NCBI GenBank assembly: GCA_048264005.1
Contig: JBLXDP010000014.1
Location: 3,565-67,564 of the forward strand
Length of the DNA stretch: 64,000 nucleotides
Source: Marinobacterium sp.
Lineage (GTDB): Bacteria > Pseudomonadota > Gammaproteobacteria > Pseudomonadales > Balneatricaceae
Direction of reading: 5' to 3'
In this document: positions 9,438-19,273 of the stretch, one piece after another
Layout of the letters: every line of letters begins with the position of its first letter
Position numbering within the stretch: position 1 is the first letter of the stretch
Position numbers and translations under genes: made by a program
The notes under the pieces: generated by a model
Told to the model about the DNA's origin: nothing
Seen by the model: the letters and a program-made list of their open reading frames with translations, nothing else
The model's database searches: none

Positions 9438-10454
9438 ATGAAAGACGATGCCAAGGATGAGTTTACCCAATTCAGGGAAAACGCGATGGCAAAATCCTCT
9501 AAAGACGTATTGGACGGTCTGAAAGAGCAGCTACGCGAAGATATGGAAAGGCGCAGCGAGGATATTCAGCCATCTCATAGCTTTTGGTACCACCGCCCAA
9601 CTCGCGACTTCCCGCCCAAGTCCATTCGTTACCCTGAAGAATATGATGGTGGTGACCGAATCAATATTGTCTGTACCCAAACAGAGCTGAAACCTACTGA
9701 ACAGAAAAAACTGGTGCAGGCCTGGTGTGAGGCTTTGCCCGGTATGGATAAAGTCGAATACGTCTGGTTCTCCTCTCGAGTGAATCAGCAGCTGTTCGAT
9801 GCTGTTTGCCAGATGAAGTCACTTAAGGGACTCTATGTTAAGTGGAGTGGCATTAAGTCGATTGAGTCCATTGAGCAAGCCCAAACATTGAAGTATCTCC
9901 ACATCGGAAGCTCACCTGCGATCTCACCGCTTACACCACTGGCTTCATTGCCCCTACTTGAGTGGCTTGAACTGGAAAATATTCGAGCTGCCTCGGACCT
10001 CACTTTTGCTGCTGATTTGATTGGTCTCAAGGGACTCTCGATCGCAGGGGATGGTCATAGTCCCAAATACCTGAATGTCGATAGTTTGGAGCCATTACAG
10101 TCGCTGCAAAATTTGCATTGGTTGGCCTTAAACACGGTCAGGGTGCAGCGAGGTGGGTTGCTGCCTTTAGCTAAGTTAAACCAGCTCAAATATCTGTTCC
10201 TGAGTAACAAGTACCAAATGGAAGAGGTTGCTGCGCTCGCCGGTTCGCGTCCAGACATTGAGTGTGATCTTTTTCAGCCTGTCGATGGCCCTTGCAGTTT
10301 TCTTGCCTGCAAGACGTGTGGGGAGCGATCGTTGATGCAGCTCACAGGGAAAGGAATACCATGGATGTGCCAATATTGTGATACAGAAAAAATTCAAAAT
10401 CATGTAGAAAAGTTTAACTTTATTGCTTCAGGTTATGGTGTTTTTCGAGCGTAG
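9438..10454 (+). CDS. Leucine-rich repeat protein with C-terminal Cys4 motif
   Basis: About 6 LxxLxL repeats; CKTC...CQYC near the C-terminus. Confidence 0.75.
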   Translation: MKDDAKDEFTQFRENAMAKSSKDVLDGLKEQLREDMERRSEDIQPSHSFWYHRPTRDFPPKSIRYPEEYDGGDRINIVCTQTELKPTEQKKLVQAWCEALPGMDKVEYVWFSSRVNQQLFDAVCQMKSLKGLYVKWSGIKSIESIEQAQTLKYLHIGSSPAISPLTPLASLPLLEWLELENIRAASDLTFAADLIGLKGLSIAGDGHSPKYLNVDSLEPLQSLQNLHWLALNTVRVQRGGLLPLAKLNQLKYLFLSNKYQMEEVAALAGSRPDIECDLFQPVDGPCSFLACKTCGERSLMQLTGKGIPWMCQYCDTEKIQNHVEKFNFIASGYGVFRA

Positions 10455-10744
10455 GCATAAAGTAACCGCTCATAAAGTAAGGTTAAATACTGCTGGATCT
10501 TGATAATCATTACTATTTAGTAGTGCATTTATTGTTCAGTCTGTGTTAATCTTGGGCTGCTTTTAAGTCAAGCTAAGATTTAGAAAGGACTCAAAAGGTA
10601 GCTGGACGTTTACCGCTTGATTAATGTCATTACATCAATGTTACAAGCGGAGTTAGACTTTTGGCTTAGGCGGAAGGGTGTGGAAACCTGGATTCCAAGT
10701 GCTAGCAGTCAGCTTGAAGCTCATCTCCAGTCAGATGAAGGATC

Positions 10745-11131
10745 ATGGAAATGCTGTCGCAATACTCAAGGGGCTTTACGCTCATAGAATTAATGGTGGT
10801 TGTGGTAATAGTTGGCATTCTGGCCAGTATTGCTTACCCGTCCTATATACAAGCCGTTCAGGCATCGCACCGTTCTGATGCTCAAGCACGTTTGCTTGAG
10901 GTTTCCCAGGACATGAAACGTTGTTTTACTGAACAAAATGTGTACAATTCCGGCTCCTGTCCTACCAATCCTGATGATACCGAACGCTACTCTGTAACCC
11001 TTGTGGCTACAGCGTCCGGCTATACCCTGACGGCTACGCCGCAAGCTACAGGCGGACAGAATTCGGACCGTTGCGGGACGATGTCGGTAAATCACTTGGG
11101 CATCCAGTTGCCTGCGAACTGTTGGGACTAA
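10745..11131 (+). CDS. pilE: Type IV minor pilin PilE-like
   Basis: Class III signal SRG|FTLIELMVVVVIVGILASIAYPSY; C-terminal Cys pairs. Confidence 0.88.
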   Translation: MEMLSQYSRGFTLIELMVVVVIVGILASIAYPSYIQAVQASHRSDAQARLLEVSQDMKRCFTEQNVYNSGSCPTNPDDTERYSVTLVATASGYTLTATPQATGGQNSDRCGTMSVNHLGIQLPANCWD

Positions 11132-11134
11132 ATC

Positions 11135-11635
11135 ATGCGATCTATTTCATTCAAGGCGGGCTTCACGCTGATAGAAGTTCTTGTCGCTATGGTGGTGTTA
11201 ACAATTGTATTGGGAATAGGTATTCCTCAGTTCAACGGCATCATGCATACAAATCGTGTCTCCGGCGCGAGTACCAACTTGCATTCATTGCTTCAGCTTA
11301 CGCGAAGTGAAGCCGTAAAAAGGGCCAAGACCGTCACGCTCTGTCCCTCTAGTGGACGTGACGCCACAGCAACCTGTGCAGACTCGACTGACTGGACGTT
11401 GGGGTGGTTGGTTGTCGACGCTGACGGAGAAGTTATCCGTATTGAGGGAGACTTTAATGACAGCATTAGTGTGGCACTTTCCACGGCAGCGAAAACCTTT
11501 GAATTCAATTCGGTAGGGGCCTTGGATGGTGGGGCTAAAAATCTGTTTACCCTGACGTCGGATGGGCACTCTCGCTTTGTCTGTACTTTGGTCAGTGGCA
11601 AATCTTTCAGCGTAACCAAAGCTTCAGATTGTTGA
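11135..11635 (+). CDS. fimT: FimT/FimU (GspH-like) minor pilin
   Basis: KAG|FTLIEVLV; LQLTRSEAVKR...VTLCPS. Confidence 0.85.
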   Translation: MRSISFKAGFTLIEVLVAMVVLTIVLGIGIPQFNGIMHTNRVSGASTNLHSLLQLTRSEAVKRAKTVTLCPSSGRDATATCADSTDWTLGWLVVDADGEVIRIEGDFNDSISVALSTAAKTFEFNSVGALDGGAKNLFTLTSDGHSRFVCTLVSGKSFSVTKASDC

Positions 11636-11644
11636 GGTGATGAT

Positions 11645-12073
11645 ATGCACTATATGAAAAGTCAGAGATACTCAGCGGGCTTCAGTCTTATAGAAGCGAT
11701 GATCGCGCTGGTGGTGACAACGATTGGTCTATTGGCTGTTGCCAATTTGTTGACCCGGTCGCTGCAGTATTCCCACTCCAGTTATCAGCGTAGTGTGGCA
11801 GTCAGCCAGGCGGTCGATTTGTCGGAAAGAATGTGGGCAGGTGCCTGTGCTTTGGACAGCTCTCTTAACTCCATTGTGACTGACTGGAAGACGGACCATC
11901 AGTCTACCCAGGGCATGGCTCAATGGGATGCAACAGTAACGACTGATACGTCGGTTACGCCCGCGCGATACACTATTGATATCAAGTGGGAAGATGCCAG
12001 TTTCGAAAGAACGGGCGGTGATGCTTATAGCTTTAGTTATGTTATATCAGTGCCGGAGTTTCCATGCAGTTAA
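11645..12073 (+). CDS. pilV: PilV-like minor pilin
   Basis: SAG|FSLIEAMIALVV; SYQRSVAVSQAVDLSERM. Confidence 0.82.
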   Translation: MHYMKSQRYSAGFSLIEAMIALVVTTIGLLAVANLLTRSLQYSHSSYQRSVAVSQAVDLSERMWAGACALDSSLNSIVTDWKTDHQSTQGMAQWDATVTTDTSVTPARYTIDIKWEDASFERTGGDAYSFSYVISVPEFPCS

Positions 12074-12102
12074 TCAATCTACACAAGAGCAGGAGTGTTG
12101 TT

Positions 12103-12678
12103 ATGAATGTACCAGCACGTCAGCAGGGGCTAACGCTTGTTGAGTTGATGATTGCGCTGCTGATTGGCTTGATCATCATGGGCGGTGTATACACCGTCAC
12201 AATCTCCAGCATCAAGGCGATAAAGGCCAAGAATGAACTGGATGATGCGCAGGATTCCTTCCGCTTCTTATCCAGCACCTTGGGCCGCATTATTCGAAAT
12301 GCAGAAAACGTAGATGCCGCCAGCACTGATTCGTCATTGAAAATCGTGATGTCCCGAGGCAGTGAGCGTCCCGATTGCCTGGGTAATGAAGGGGCTGCGA
12401 CAGTTAACAACACCTTTGTCATCGTTGATGGGAAGTTGATGTGTGACAACGGTGGTGGCAATACCGAACTGGTCCGTAACCTGGATAGCATCAGCTTTTC
12501 ATACGGAGCACCCAGTGCCAATAAGTGGGTTGAATCCTACAAAGCGGCTGCCGATGTTTCGGACTGGGCAGATATCACCAGTGTGAAAGTGACTGTTTCA
12601 ACTGAAACGGGGCTCAGCACGCAATTTACGACCGCCATCCGTGAAAAGGTGGTCGAGCAAGCCGGATCGGGCAGTTAA
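12103..12678 (+). CDS. pilW: PilW-like minor pilin
   Basis: RQQG|LTLVELMIALLIGL; ATG 12103 follows AGGAG. Confidence 0.8.
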   Translation: MNVPARQQGLTLVELMIALLIGLIIMGGVYTVTISSIKAIKAKNELDDAQDSFRFLSSTLGRIIRNAENVDAASTDSSLKIVMSRGSERPDCLGNEGAATVNNTFVIVDGKLMCDNGGGNTELVRNLDSISFSYGAPSANKWVESYKAAADVSDWADITSVKVTVSTETGLSTQFTTAIREKVVEQAGSGS

Positions 12679-12725
12679 GAGCGGTACTGTTTGATTCGTA
12701 TGAAACTCTAAGTTTGAGGTACACC

Positions 12726-14408
12726 ATGATGTACAGGAAGAAGGAGCAGGGTGCCGTTCTAATCGTCAGCATGATCATGCTGGTGCTGGTTACTGCATTG
12801 GTTGTTACTGCGCTGAAAAGCAGCAACATTCAGGAAATGATGACATCCAATAGTAATAACCATGTGACCGCAATGATGGCCGCAGAGGCGGGTGCTGCTG
12901 ATTTCGCGACTTGGCTTGCCACCAACTATGACTCTGATGATTCAGCGGATGATATCAAGACCAAATTTGGCTCTAAAGCGTTGGCCAGTGCCAAGCAGGT
13001 CGGTTCTGGGGATGGCTATTATTATCTCGACAAAGTGACTACAGGTGCTGTTGTCGAAGCCACTATAACCGGACTTGCGACTGCCAATACTACGCCATTG
13101 ACCGTATTGTCTCAGTATCATGTAAGGCTGCAGCTTACTGGCGCACCAGGCACGGTTAAGCCTTTTGAGAATGCGGTAATTGGCTGTGAGGGTGTCAGTA
13201 CTCAGGGTAGCGGTCAGATCGACAGTTTTGATTCGCGCATCGCGCCTTATGACTCCTCCAAGCCGGGTAAAAACGCTGATGTCATCACGACAGAGCCCGG
13301 TGCAGACGTAGAGTTGACCGGTAATGCGCCCATTTACGGCAATGTGTACTCAACGGGTGATGTGTACGCCCAGGGTTCTTCACCGGTTTATGGCGAGACG
13401 CGCGCTGATAATGACATCACTCTCAAGGGTGGCGGTGTTAACTTCTATGGCGATATTTTTAGTGGCAACAACCTGTATTTTGAGAGCAGTGCTGCTGCGC
13501 GTTCAAATGTTTATGCCAATGGCAATATCGAATTCAATAACTACAGCGCATCTGTTGATGGGAATGCTCAGGCGGGTGGCACCATTACAGGGAAGAACAA
13601 GAACAAGCCTGTGTCTGACTATGTTGGTGGCTCAGTAGATCCGGGTGTTAGCCCCAATAACCCATCTGTAGCGGGTGTTCCCTGTGATCCTCTGGATGTC
13701 GATGCAATTGTCGATGAGTTTAGTGGTTTAACCAGTACCGGTGACTTCACAGTCGGCTCTTATCCGAAGAATGATTGGAAACTGACCCCAACAGGCGCTT
13801 CTTATTACGATGAGACCTGGAACGTTAAAGCTTGGGTAGATGATAGCAGCAAATCTATGGTGAACATGGATGTGATGGGTACTGAGCGTCCCGTTTTGGT
13901 GGTGGATAACATGTCACTGCAAAACGGCAATGGTGAGCTTCATATCAGTGGTGGTGACGTAGTGATCTTTGTTGATGGCGACTTCAACCTGGGTGGCAGT
14001 AACGAAATCAGGATTGATGATGACAGTAGTCTGACCGTTATTACGACTGGTACTTTTGACCTGGGTGGCAGCGTTGATGTGGCAAATGGGTCCACTTTGA
14101 ATACAAATGGCAACCCACGTTTCTCCCTGTACTCAAACTATGACCAATCTCAGGCAGGTAAAAATGCTAAAGCTGGAGTGAAAATTGGTGCTAATGACGA
14201 TATGACGGCCGTTGTGTACGCACCAAAGTCAGATGTTGATGTTACGGGCAGTGGTGAGTTGTTTGGTTCTGTTCGTGGTCGCACTGTTGATGTTACCGGT
14301 AATGGTGGTATGCATTACGATGAAGCCTTGGGTGATGCCGATCTTGGCAGCGGCAAGAATTCAGGTGTGCTGGGTATTACCCAATGGAAGGCGGTCTGGC
14401 CTGACTAA
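12726..14408 (+). CDS. pilX: PilX N-terminal domain fused to a large beta-solenoid (DUF7305-like) domain; putative tip adhesin
   Basis: KEQG|AVLIVSMIML (no Glu5, as in PilX), AMMAAEAGA; about 5 internal 18-19-aa repeats; C-terminal VYAPKS...FGSV...HYDEAL. Confidence 0.7.
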   Translation: MMYRKKEQGAVLIVSMIMLVLVTALVVTALKSSNIQEMMTSNSNNHVTAMMAAEAGAADFATWLATNYDSDDSADDIKTKFGSKALASAKQVGSGDGYYYLDKVTTGAVVEATITGLATANTTPLTVLSQYHVRLQLTGAPGTVKPFENAVIGCEGVSTQGSGQIDSFDSRIAPYDSSKPGKNADVITTEPGADVELTGNAPIYGNVYSTGDVYAQGSSPVYGETRADNDITLKGGGVNFYGDIFSGNNLYFESSAAARSNVYANGNIEFNNYSASVDGNAQAGGTITGKNKNKPVSDYVGGSVDPGVSPNNPSVAGVPCDPLDVDAIVDEFSGLTSTGDFTVGSYPKNDWKLTPTGASYYDETWNVKAWVDDSSKSMVNMDVMGTERPVLVVDNMSLQNGNGELHISGGDVVIFVDGDFNLGGSNEIRIDDDSSLTVITTGTFDLGGSVDVANGSTLNTNGNPRFSLYSNYDQSQAGKNAKAGVKIGANDDMTAVVYAPKSDVDVTGSGELFGSVRGRTVDVTGNGGMHYDEALGDADLGSGKNSGVLGITQWKAVWPD

Positions 14409-14480
14409 TCTGGTACTGTTTGCCTGATTAACAGGCTTGCCGGTGTGGCGTGATTAGCCTCTCACAAATATCTAGGAGCA

Positions 14481-14521
14481 AGGCCTCGGGCAGTTTGAAC
14501 TGACCGGGGCCTTTTTTTTTT
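14481..14521 (+). terminator. Rho-independent terminator of the pilin operon
   Basis: GGCCTCGG-GCAGTT/AACTG-ACCGGGGCC hairpin followed by a long T run. Confidence 0.85.
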
Positions 14522-14528
14522 GCAGGGT

Positions 14529-15188
14529 TCAGGGCTTTGGCAGGTTTGTCATGTCGACCCTGAGCATGCAGCCAAACTCTTCAGGGAAATCCACGGATAC
14601 GCGGGCATGTACGGCACCCTGCTTATCAAAAAACCGTTGGGCACCGGAAATGGAGAACACGCCTTCGTGCCAGATATTAGGGTGGATGTAGAGACCCTGA
14701 GTACCGTCACACCAGAAGCAGACAAAGTGTTCGGGCTTAATGTCATCGCCGGGAAGGGCAACCGGTACCAGGAAGGGCTTACGTTGCTCAGGGAAGAACA
14801 GTTGGCCGCCATCAGGGTGATAGTTGGCGTGCCAGAGTAGCAGCTCCTGCGGCGGATTATTATGTCCGCGCTGTGCCTGTTCGGGGCGTTTTGAATAGCC
14901 CAGAATGTACTCGCCATCTACTGCGCTGTTGTTGCCAATCAGTACATCACCATCCCATTGAGACAGGAAGCTGCCTTCTTTCGTACCTCCCTCATTGCCA
15001 GTGTCCTCATCGATATGACGCCAGCCCTGCGCAGGCCAGCGAACAATTTCGATTTCCATCTCATCCGGGTGGTCAACAAGATAGCCGTAGGGTTTAACAG
15101 ACTCAGGCGTGGCCACAATGACGGGCACGTCATGCACGGGCAAATCGGCCGGTATGCTGGGGTTCATATAGTCAGGTGCAGGCTTCAT
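14529..15188 (-). CDS. Ureidoglycolate lyase/hydrolase-like cupin protein
   Basis: WHANYHPDGGQLFFP...GLYIHPNIWHEGVF; start placed at MKPAPDY. Confidence 0.7.
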   Translation of the reverse strand: MKPAPDYMNPSIPADLPVHDVPVIVATPESVKPYGYLVDHPDEMEIEIVRWPAQGWRHIDEDTGNEGGTKEGSFLSQWDGDVLIGNNSAVDGEYILGYSKRPEQAQRGHNNPPQELLLWHANYHPDGGQLFFPEQRKPFLVPVALPGDDIKPEHFVCFWCDGTQGLYIHPNIWHEGVFSISGAQRFFDKQGAVHARVSVDFPEEFGCMLRVDMTNLPKP

Positions 15189-15346
15189 GGGTACGACTCG
15201 GATGTAAAAGGTAAGGGATGCTAGGGCTTTGAGATGACATTCGGGTGACTGCAATATGACAGTTTGCATGTGCTGTAATCAATGTAATATGGAGCAGGTT
15301 GGTTGGCACGGTTTGCTGAACCTAAAGGCTGTTATTCGGGGGATAA

Positions 15347-15943
15347 ATGAAAATATATGGCGATACCCTATCGGGTAACTGTTACAAGGTTCAGCTGGTG
15401 TGTGGCTTACTGCAGACGCCGCATACCTGGATCGATATTGACATTCTGGCTGGGGGTACCCAGACGGAAGCATTTCTGTGTAAGAACCCGAATGGAAAAA
15501 TCCCGTTGGTGGAGTTTGATGATGGAAGGGTTCTGGCTGAATCTAATGCCATTATCAATTATTTGGCACGGGGTACTTCCTTGTATCCGGATGATCCCTG
15601 GCTGCAGGCGCAAATCCAGCAGTGGCAGTTCTTCGAGCAATACAGCCACGAGCCGTATATTGCTGTGGCGCGCTTTATCAATAAATACCTCGGCATGCCA
15701 GATGATAGGCGGGCCGAGTACGAGGCCAAGCAAGCCGGTGGGCATAAAGCGTTGCAGGTGATGGAGGCTCAACTGAAACAGTCTCGGTTTTTGGTCGCAG
15801 AGCAATGTACGACAGCCGATATTGCGTTGTTTGCCTACACCCAGGTTGCCCATGAAGGTGGATTTGATTTGGGAGAGTATCCAGCAATAAGCGCCTGGCT
15901 GGAACGTGTGGCGGCTCTTCCCGCATTTGTCCCCATGCGCTGA
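15347..15943 (+). CDS. Glutathione S-transferase family protein
   Basis: SGNCYKV, NPNGKIPL, LAESNAII. Confidence 0.92.
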   Translation: MKIYGDTLSGNCYKVQLVCGLLQTPHTWIDIDILAGGTQTEAFLCKNPNGKIPLVEFDDGRVLAESNAIINYLARGTSLYPDDPWLQAQIQQWQFFEQYSHEPYIAVARFINKYLGMPDDRRAEYEAKQAGGHKALQVMEAQLKQSRFLVAEQCTTADIALFAYTQVAHEGGFDLGEYPAISAWLERVAALPAFVPMR

Positions 15944-15981
15944 CGCACCAGTATGACGTCGTGCTTTGTAATTGATGGCGT

Positions 15982-17436
15982 ATGAGAACAGGGCGCCTAT
16001 ACTTTAGTGAGCGGATAAGCCGGTTCCTGTCTTCGGAGACCATTATGGTTTGGCGTACCCAGGCAAAAAATTTGTTGCTCTGGGGTGTGGGATATTTCCT
16101 GCTGGCAAAGCTCAGCATGCTGTTTTTTGCCACCCAGCCTGACAATATCGCCTTGCTTTGGCTTCCTGCGGGGCTTGGTCCCTATCTTTATTATCGTCGT
16201 GGTCCCTGGGTCTTACCTGCTGTTTTCATCGCCAGTTTTTGCGCCAATTTCCCGGGGCTGGAGCAGGATTCGACGCTAACACAGGCTCTTCACACCAGTG
16301 TCAGTGCGCTTGCCGATACACTGTTTGTCCTTTTGGCAGGCAATGTTGCGCGTCAATATATGTTGGGAGGGATTAATAGAACCGAGCAGTTATTCATACT
16401 GCTAACATTGGGGTGCCTGCTCCCGACCGCTATAACCGCCGCGCTTCTTTCTGCCAATCTCTGGTGGGGAGGGTATCTGGAATCTGGAATGACACTGGCG
16501 ATGGGGGTGTCGATCTGGCTTGCCGATTTGCTGGGTATCCTGCTGGTAATGCCACTACTGGTCGCATTTGAGCGTCGCCGGGAAGAGATGCAGGGCGTGT
16601 CTGTCAGCTGGTTTCTGGCCACGCTTTTTACGCTTGGATTCATGTTGGCGTCTTTCCATTACGGGCACTGGTTGCTGTACTTCTCGCTGCCAACGCTGAT
16701 GTATATCGTGTTTGGTTCCACCCCCTTGTACAGCTATGGTGCGCTGACAGCCACGATTCTTATCTATAATGCGCTGAATGTGCGCCTCTACCATCTAGAA
16801 GTGGTGGACCAGCGTTGGCTGGAGGCCCTGGCATTCTCTATCTCTGTTTCATTCAGCGTGATTGCGTTGAGTGTTCAGCAGCGTGTGCTGCGAAGAGAAG
16901 CTGTTCTGCGCAAGAAATGGGAAGTCAGAGCCAGCCATGATCACTTGACGGGGTTGGTAAACCGCGGTGTTCTGATGTCGCTACTGGCGCATGAAATCGA
17001 GCGTTTTCAAAGGTTTAGCGGCTCATTCAGTATTGCCATGTTGGATATTGATCACTTCAAGGCCGTGAATGATTCCTACGGACATGTTGTTGGAGATCAG
17101 GTGTTGGTTGAATTCAGCAAGCGCTTGAAAACACTCACTCGGGGGGCTGATGTGGTCGGCAGGATGGGGGGGGAAGAATTCCTGTTACTCTTGCCCGATA
17201 CTGATGCAGTCAGTGCCCATCATGTGCTGGACAATCTTAGAGCCAAAGCGGTAGCCGAGCCTTTTTGTGTTGGTGATGAGGAATTAAGGGTGACCTTCAG
17301 TGCGGGAATCGCAGGCTGCTTTCGCGGGGCAACACCTGAGTCTCTGCTTGAGGAGGCAGACCGTAACCTTTACTACGCAAAGCAGGCGGGCCGCAACCGG
17401 GTATCGGCTTCGGCCAGGCCTGCCTGCGAATCCTGA
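15982..17436 (+). CDS. MASE1-GGDEF diguanylate cyclase
   Basis: Multi-TM N-terminus; DHLTGL, DIDHFKAVNDSYGH, RGAD I-site, intact GGEEF; true start may be ATG 16045. Confidence 0.88.
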   Translation: MRTGRLYFSERISRFLSSETIMVWRTQAKNLLLWGVGYFLLAKLSMLFFATQPDNIALLWLPAGLGPYLYYRRGPWVLPAVFIASFCANFPGLEQDSTLTQALHTSVSALADTLFVLLAGNVARQYMLGGINRTEQLFILLTLGCLLPTAITAALLSANLWWGGYLESGMTLAMGVSIWLADLLGILLVMPLLVAFERRREEMQGVSVSWFLATLFTLGFMLASFHYGHWLLYFSLPTLMYIVFGSTPLYSYGALTATILIYNALNVRLYHLEVVDQRWLEALAFSISVSFSVIALSVQQRVLRREAVLRKKWEVRASHDHLTGLVNRGVLMSLLAHEIERFQRFSGSFSIAMLDIDHFKAVNDSYGHVVGDQVLVEFSKRLKTLTRGADVVGRMGGEEFLLLLPDTDAVSAHHVLDNLRAKAVAEPFCVGDEELRVTFSAGIAGCFRGATPESLLEEADRNLYYAKQAGRNRVSASARPACES

Positions 17437-17437
17437 A

Positions 17438-18165
17438 TCAGGCGCTCAACTTGAAGCGGCTGGCCAGTTTGTTCAGGTTCTGGCTTTCCATTTGCAGCGC
17501 ATCACAGGCTTGATGTGTATCCTTGGCACTATGTGCAATCAGAATTGACGCTTGGTGTATTGCGCCCACGCTTTCGTTCAGGTTGCGTGAGACGGAGGTT
17601 TGCTGTTCTGTGGCTGCTGCAATCTGAGCACTCATATCTGCAATATGGACAGATGCATCAAGGGAGCCAGCATGGGGCCAAGCATATTCTGGCGTGCCTG
17701 CTCCATGCGTCCGGCATCAATCAGGCTGATGTAGGTTTCCTGCATCTGACGATAATCGTCCACACGTGTCTGGTATTCGCGGATCGTGGTACGCAACTCT
17801 GGACTGTCCGCCAGGCGTTGCATGTTTGACATGGCCACGGCCACTTTTTCGTCATTAAAGCGGATGGTTTGGACGATTTTTCGATGCTCGATCGGGTCGG
17901 TAGTGAGTCCGTAGTCGAGGGCAAAGCGCCGATAGGTGACGGTGTAATAGCGCAGGTCAGAGACGGTGGAGAGCAGGCTCACATTGCGGTCCACCACGGT
18001 GACGAACTGGTGCTTGATACCGTGAATTGAAAACAGCAGGTGCAAGCTCAGCAGCACAATGGCCAGAATAGCAGCGCCAAAGACCAACTGCAGGGCTCTT
18101 GGAATGGATGTACGGTTTAACGTGGCTGGTCTCCGGAAAACATCTTGGCTCGGGCTGCCGATCAA
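17438..18165 (-). pseudogene. Methyl-accepting chemotaxis protein with internal deletion and frameshift
   Basis: TM1 plus four-helix sensor domain (to ...MLGPMLAP) joined out of frame to the extreme MCP C-terminus (IADMSAQIAAATEQQ...LASRFKL); TM2, HAMP and the signalling hairpin are absent. Confidence 0.85.
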
Positions 18166-18409
18166 CAGCGTCCGCTCTTGTCTGATTAGCGAAGTCTATT
18201 TTGCGGACTATCTTTGATAGTTTTAAGTTATATATATTTATCTGATGTATAGGCTGCTTTTATCGCTAGGCCCTTTAAGGCGCCGCTTTATACTCAACAC
18301 CGCGGCAACAGAGAGGCTGGAATTGCGCAATAATGTCCAAGTCGTTTGCAGTTGCAGGCGTTAACCTTGAGAGCATAGAAAGACAGCCGCAGCTGTATGG
18401 GTGAAACCA

Positions 18410-19237
18410 ATGCCAGACAATCTTTTTCATTACTGCAAGAGTCAGCACCTCGAAGGGTTAACGCTACTGAATGCGCGTATGCACGACTTCTCTTACAGTC
18501 GCCATGCCCATGAAGAGTTTTCCTTTGGTTTGACATTGTCAGGCCGGCAGGACTTCTGTTGTGAAGGACGCTTTTATAGCAGCGCGCCTGGCAACATCAT
18601 CGTGTTTAACCCGGGTGATGTTCATGATGGGCATCCAGGGACCGATGATTCGTTGTTGTATCGAATGGTGTATATCCATCCTGAGCAGATACTGCCTCTA
18701 CTGGAGGCGGCGGGCATGCGTCACGCGGCAGATTTCCGATGTTCTGAAACGCTGTTGAAAGACTCCCTGTTGCGAAACCGGCTTCTTCAGCTTGCGAACA
18801 TGACGGAGCAGGGGGCTATTGAAGGGCTGGCACATGAGCAACAGCTGTTTGCGGTTGCTGAGCGCTTGGCTCAACTTCACCGTGGCTTTGAGCCGGTGCA
18901 GCGTAATAGCCATATTGATCGTCTGCTGCTCAAGGCGCGCGAGTTTATTCACGAAAATATGCAGCAGGAGCTGTCACTGGAGCAGATCAGTGAGCAGGCG
19001 GCCATGTCGAAATATCATTTCTTACGTCTGTTTCGGCAGCAGTTTGGCATGACTCCACATCAGTATGTGCTCAACAGTCGGCTGAACAGGGCCCGAGAGG
19101 CGTTGGCTGCGGGTCAGCCATTACAGGATGTCGTGTACGCCTCGGGCTTTTCCGATCTGAGTCATTTTAACCGGCGCTTTAAGCCGGTCTTCGGCATGAC
19201 GCCGCGTCAGTATCAGCAAGTGGTACTGAACGGCTGA
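18410..19237 (+). CDS. AraC-family transcriptional regulator
   Basis: RHAHEE cupin arm; MSKYHFLRLF...GFSDLSHFNRRFK. Confidence 0.92.
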   Translation: MPDNLFHYCKSQHLEGLTLLNARMHDFSYSRHAHEEFSFGLTLSGRQDFCCEGRFYSSAPGNIIVFNPGDVHDGHPGTDDSLLYRMVYIHPEQILPLLEAAGMRHAADFRCSETLLKDSLLRNRLLQLANMTEQGAIEGLAHEQQLFAVAERLAQLHRGFEPVQRNSHIDRLLLKAREFIHENMQQELSLEQISEQAAMSKYHFLRLFRQQFGMTPHQYVLNSRLNRAREALAAGQPLQDVVYASGFSDLSHFNRRFKPVFGMTPRQYQQVVLNG

Positions 19238-19273
19238 CACCCTTGTCGTTCTGTCATTGCTGGAGATATTCAA

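Noticed and set aside
10456-10487. dif/Xer-like site (CATAA...GTTAAAT) and a CATAAAGTAA direct repeat after the LRR gene
   Set aside because: The XerD arm lacks TTAT, so spacing is 4 nt short; a 10-bp AT-rich duplication is plausibly chance
250-10490. Integron cassette array (attC sites) in the accessory region
   Set aside because: Intergenic segments lack matched RYYYAAC...GTTRRRY ends and a shared repeat; gene content alone is not enough
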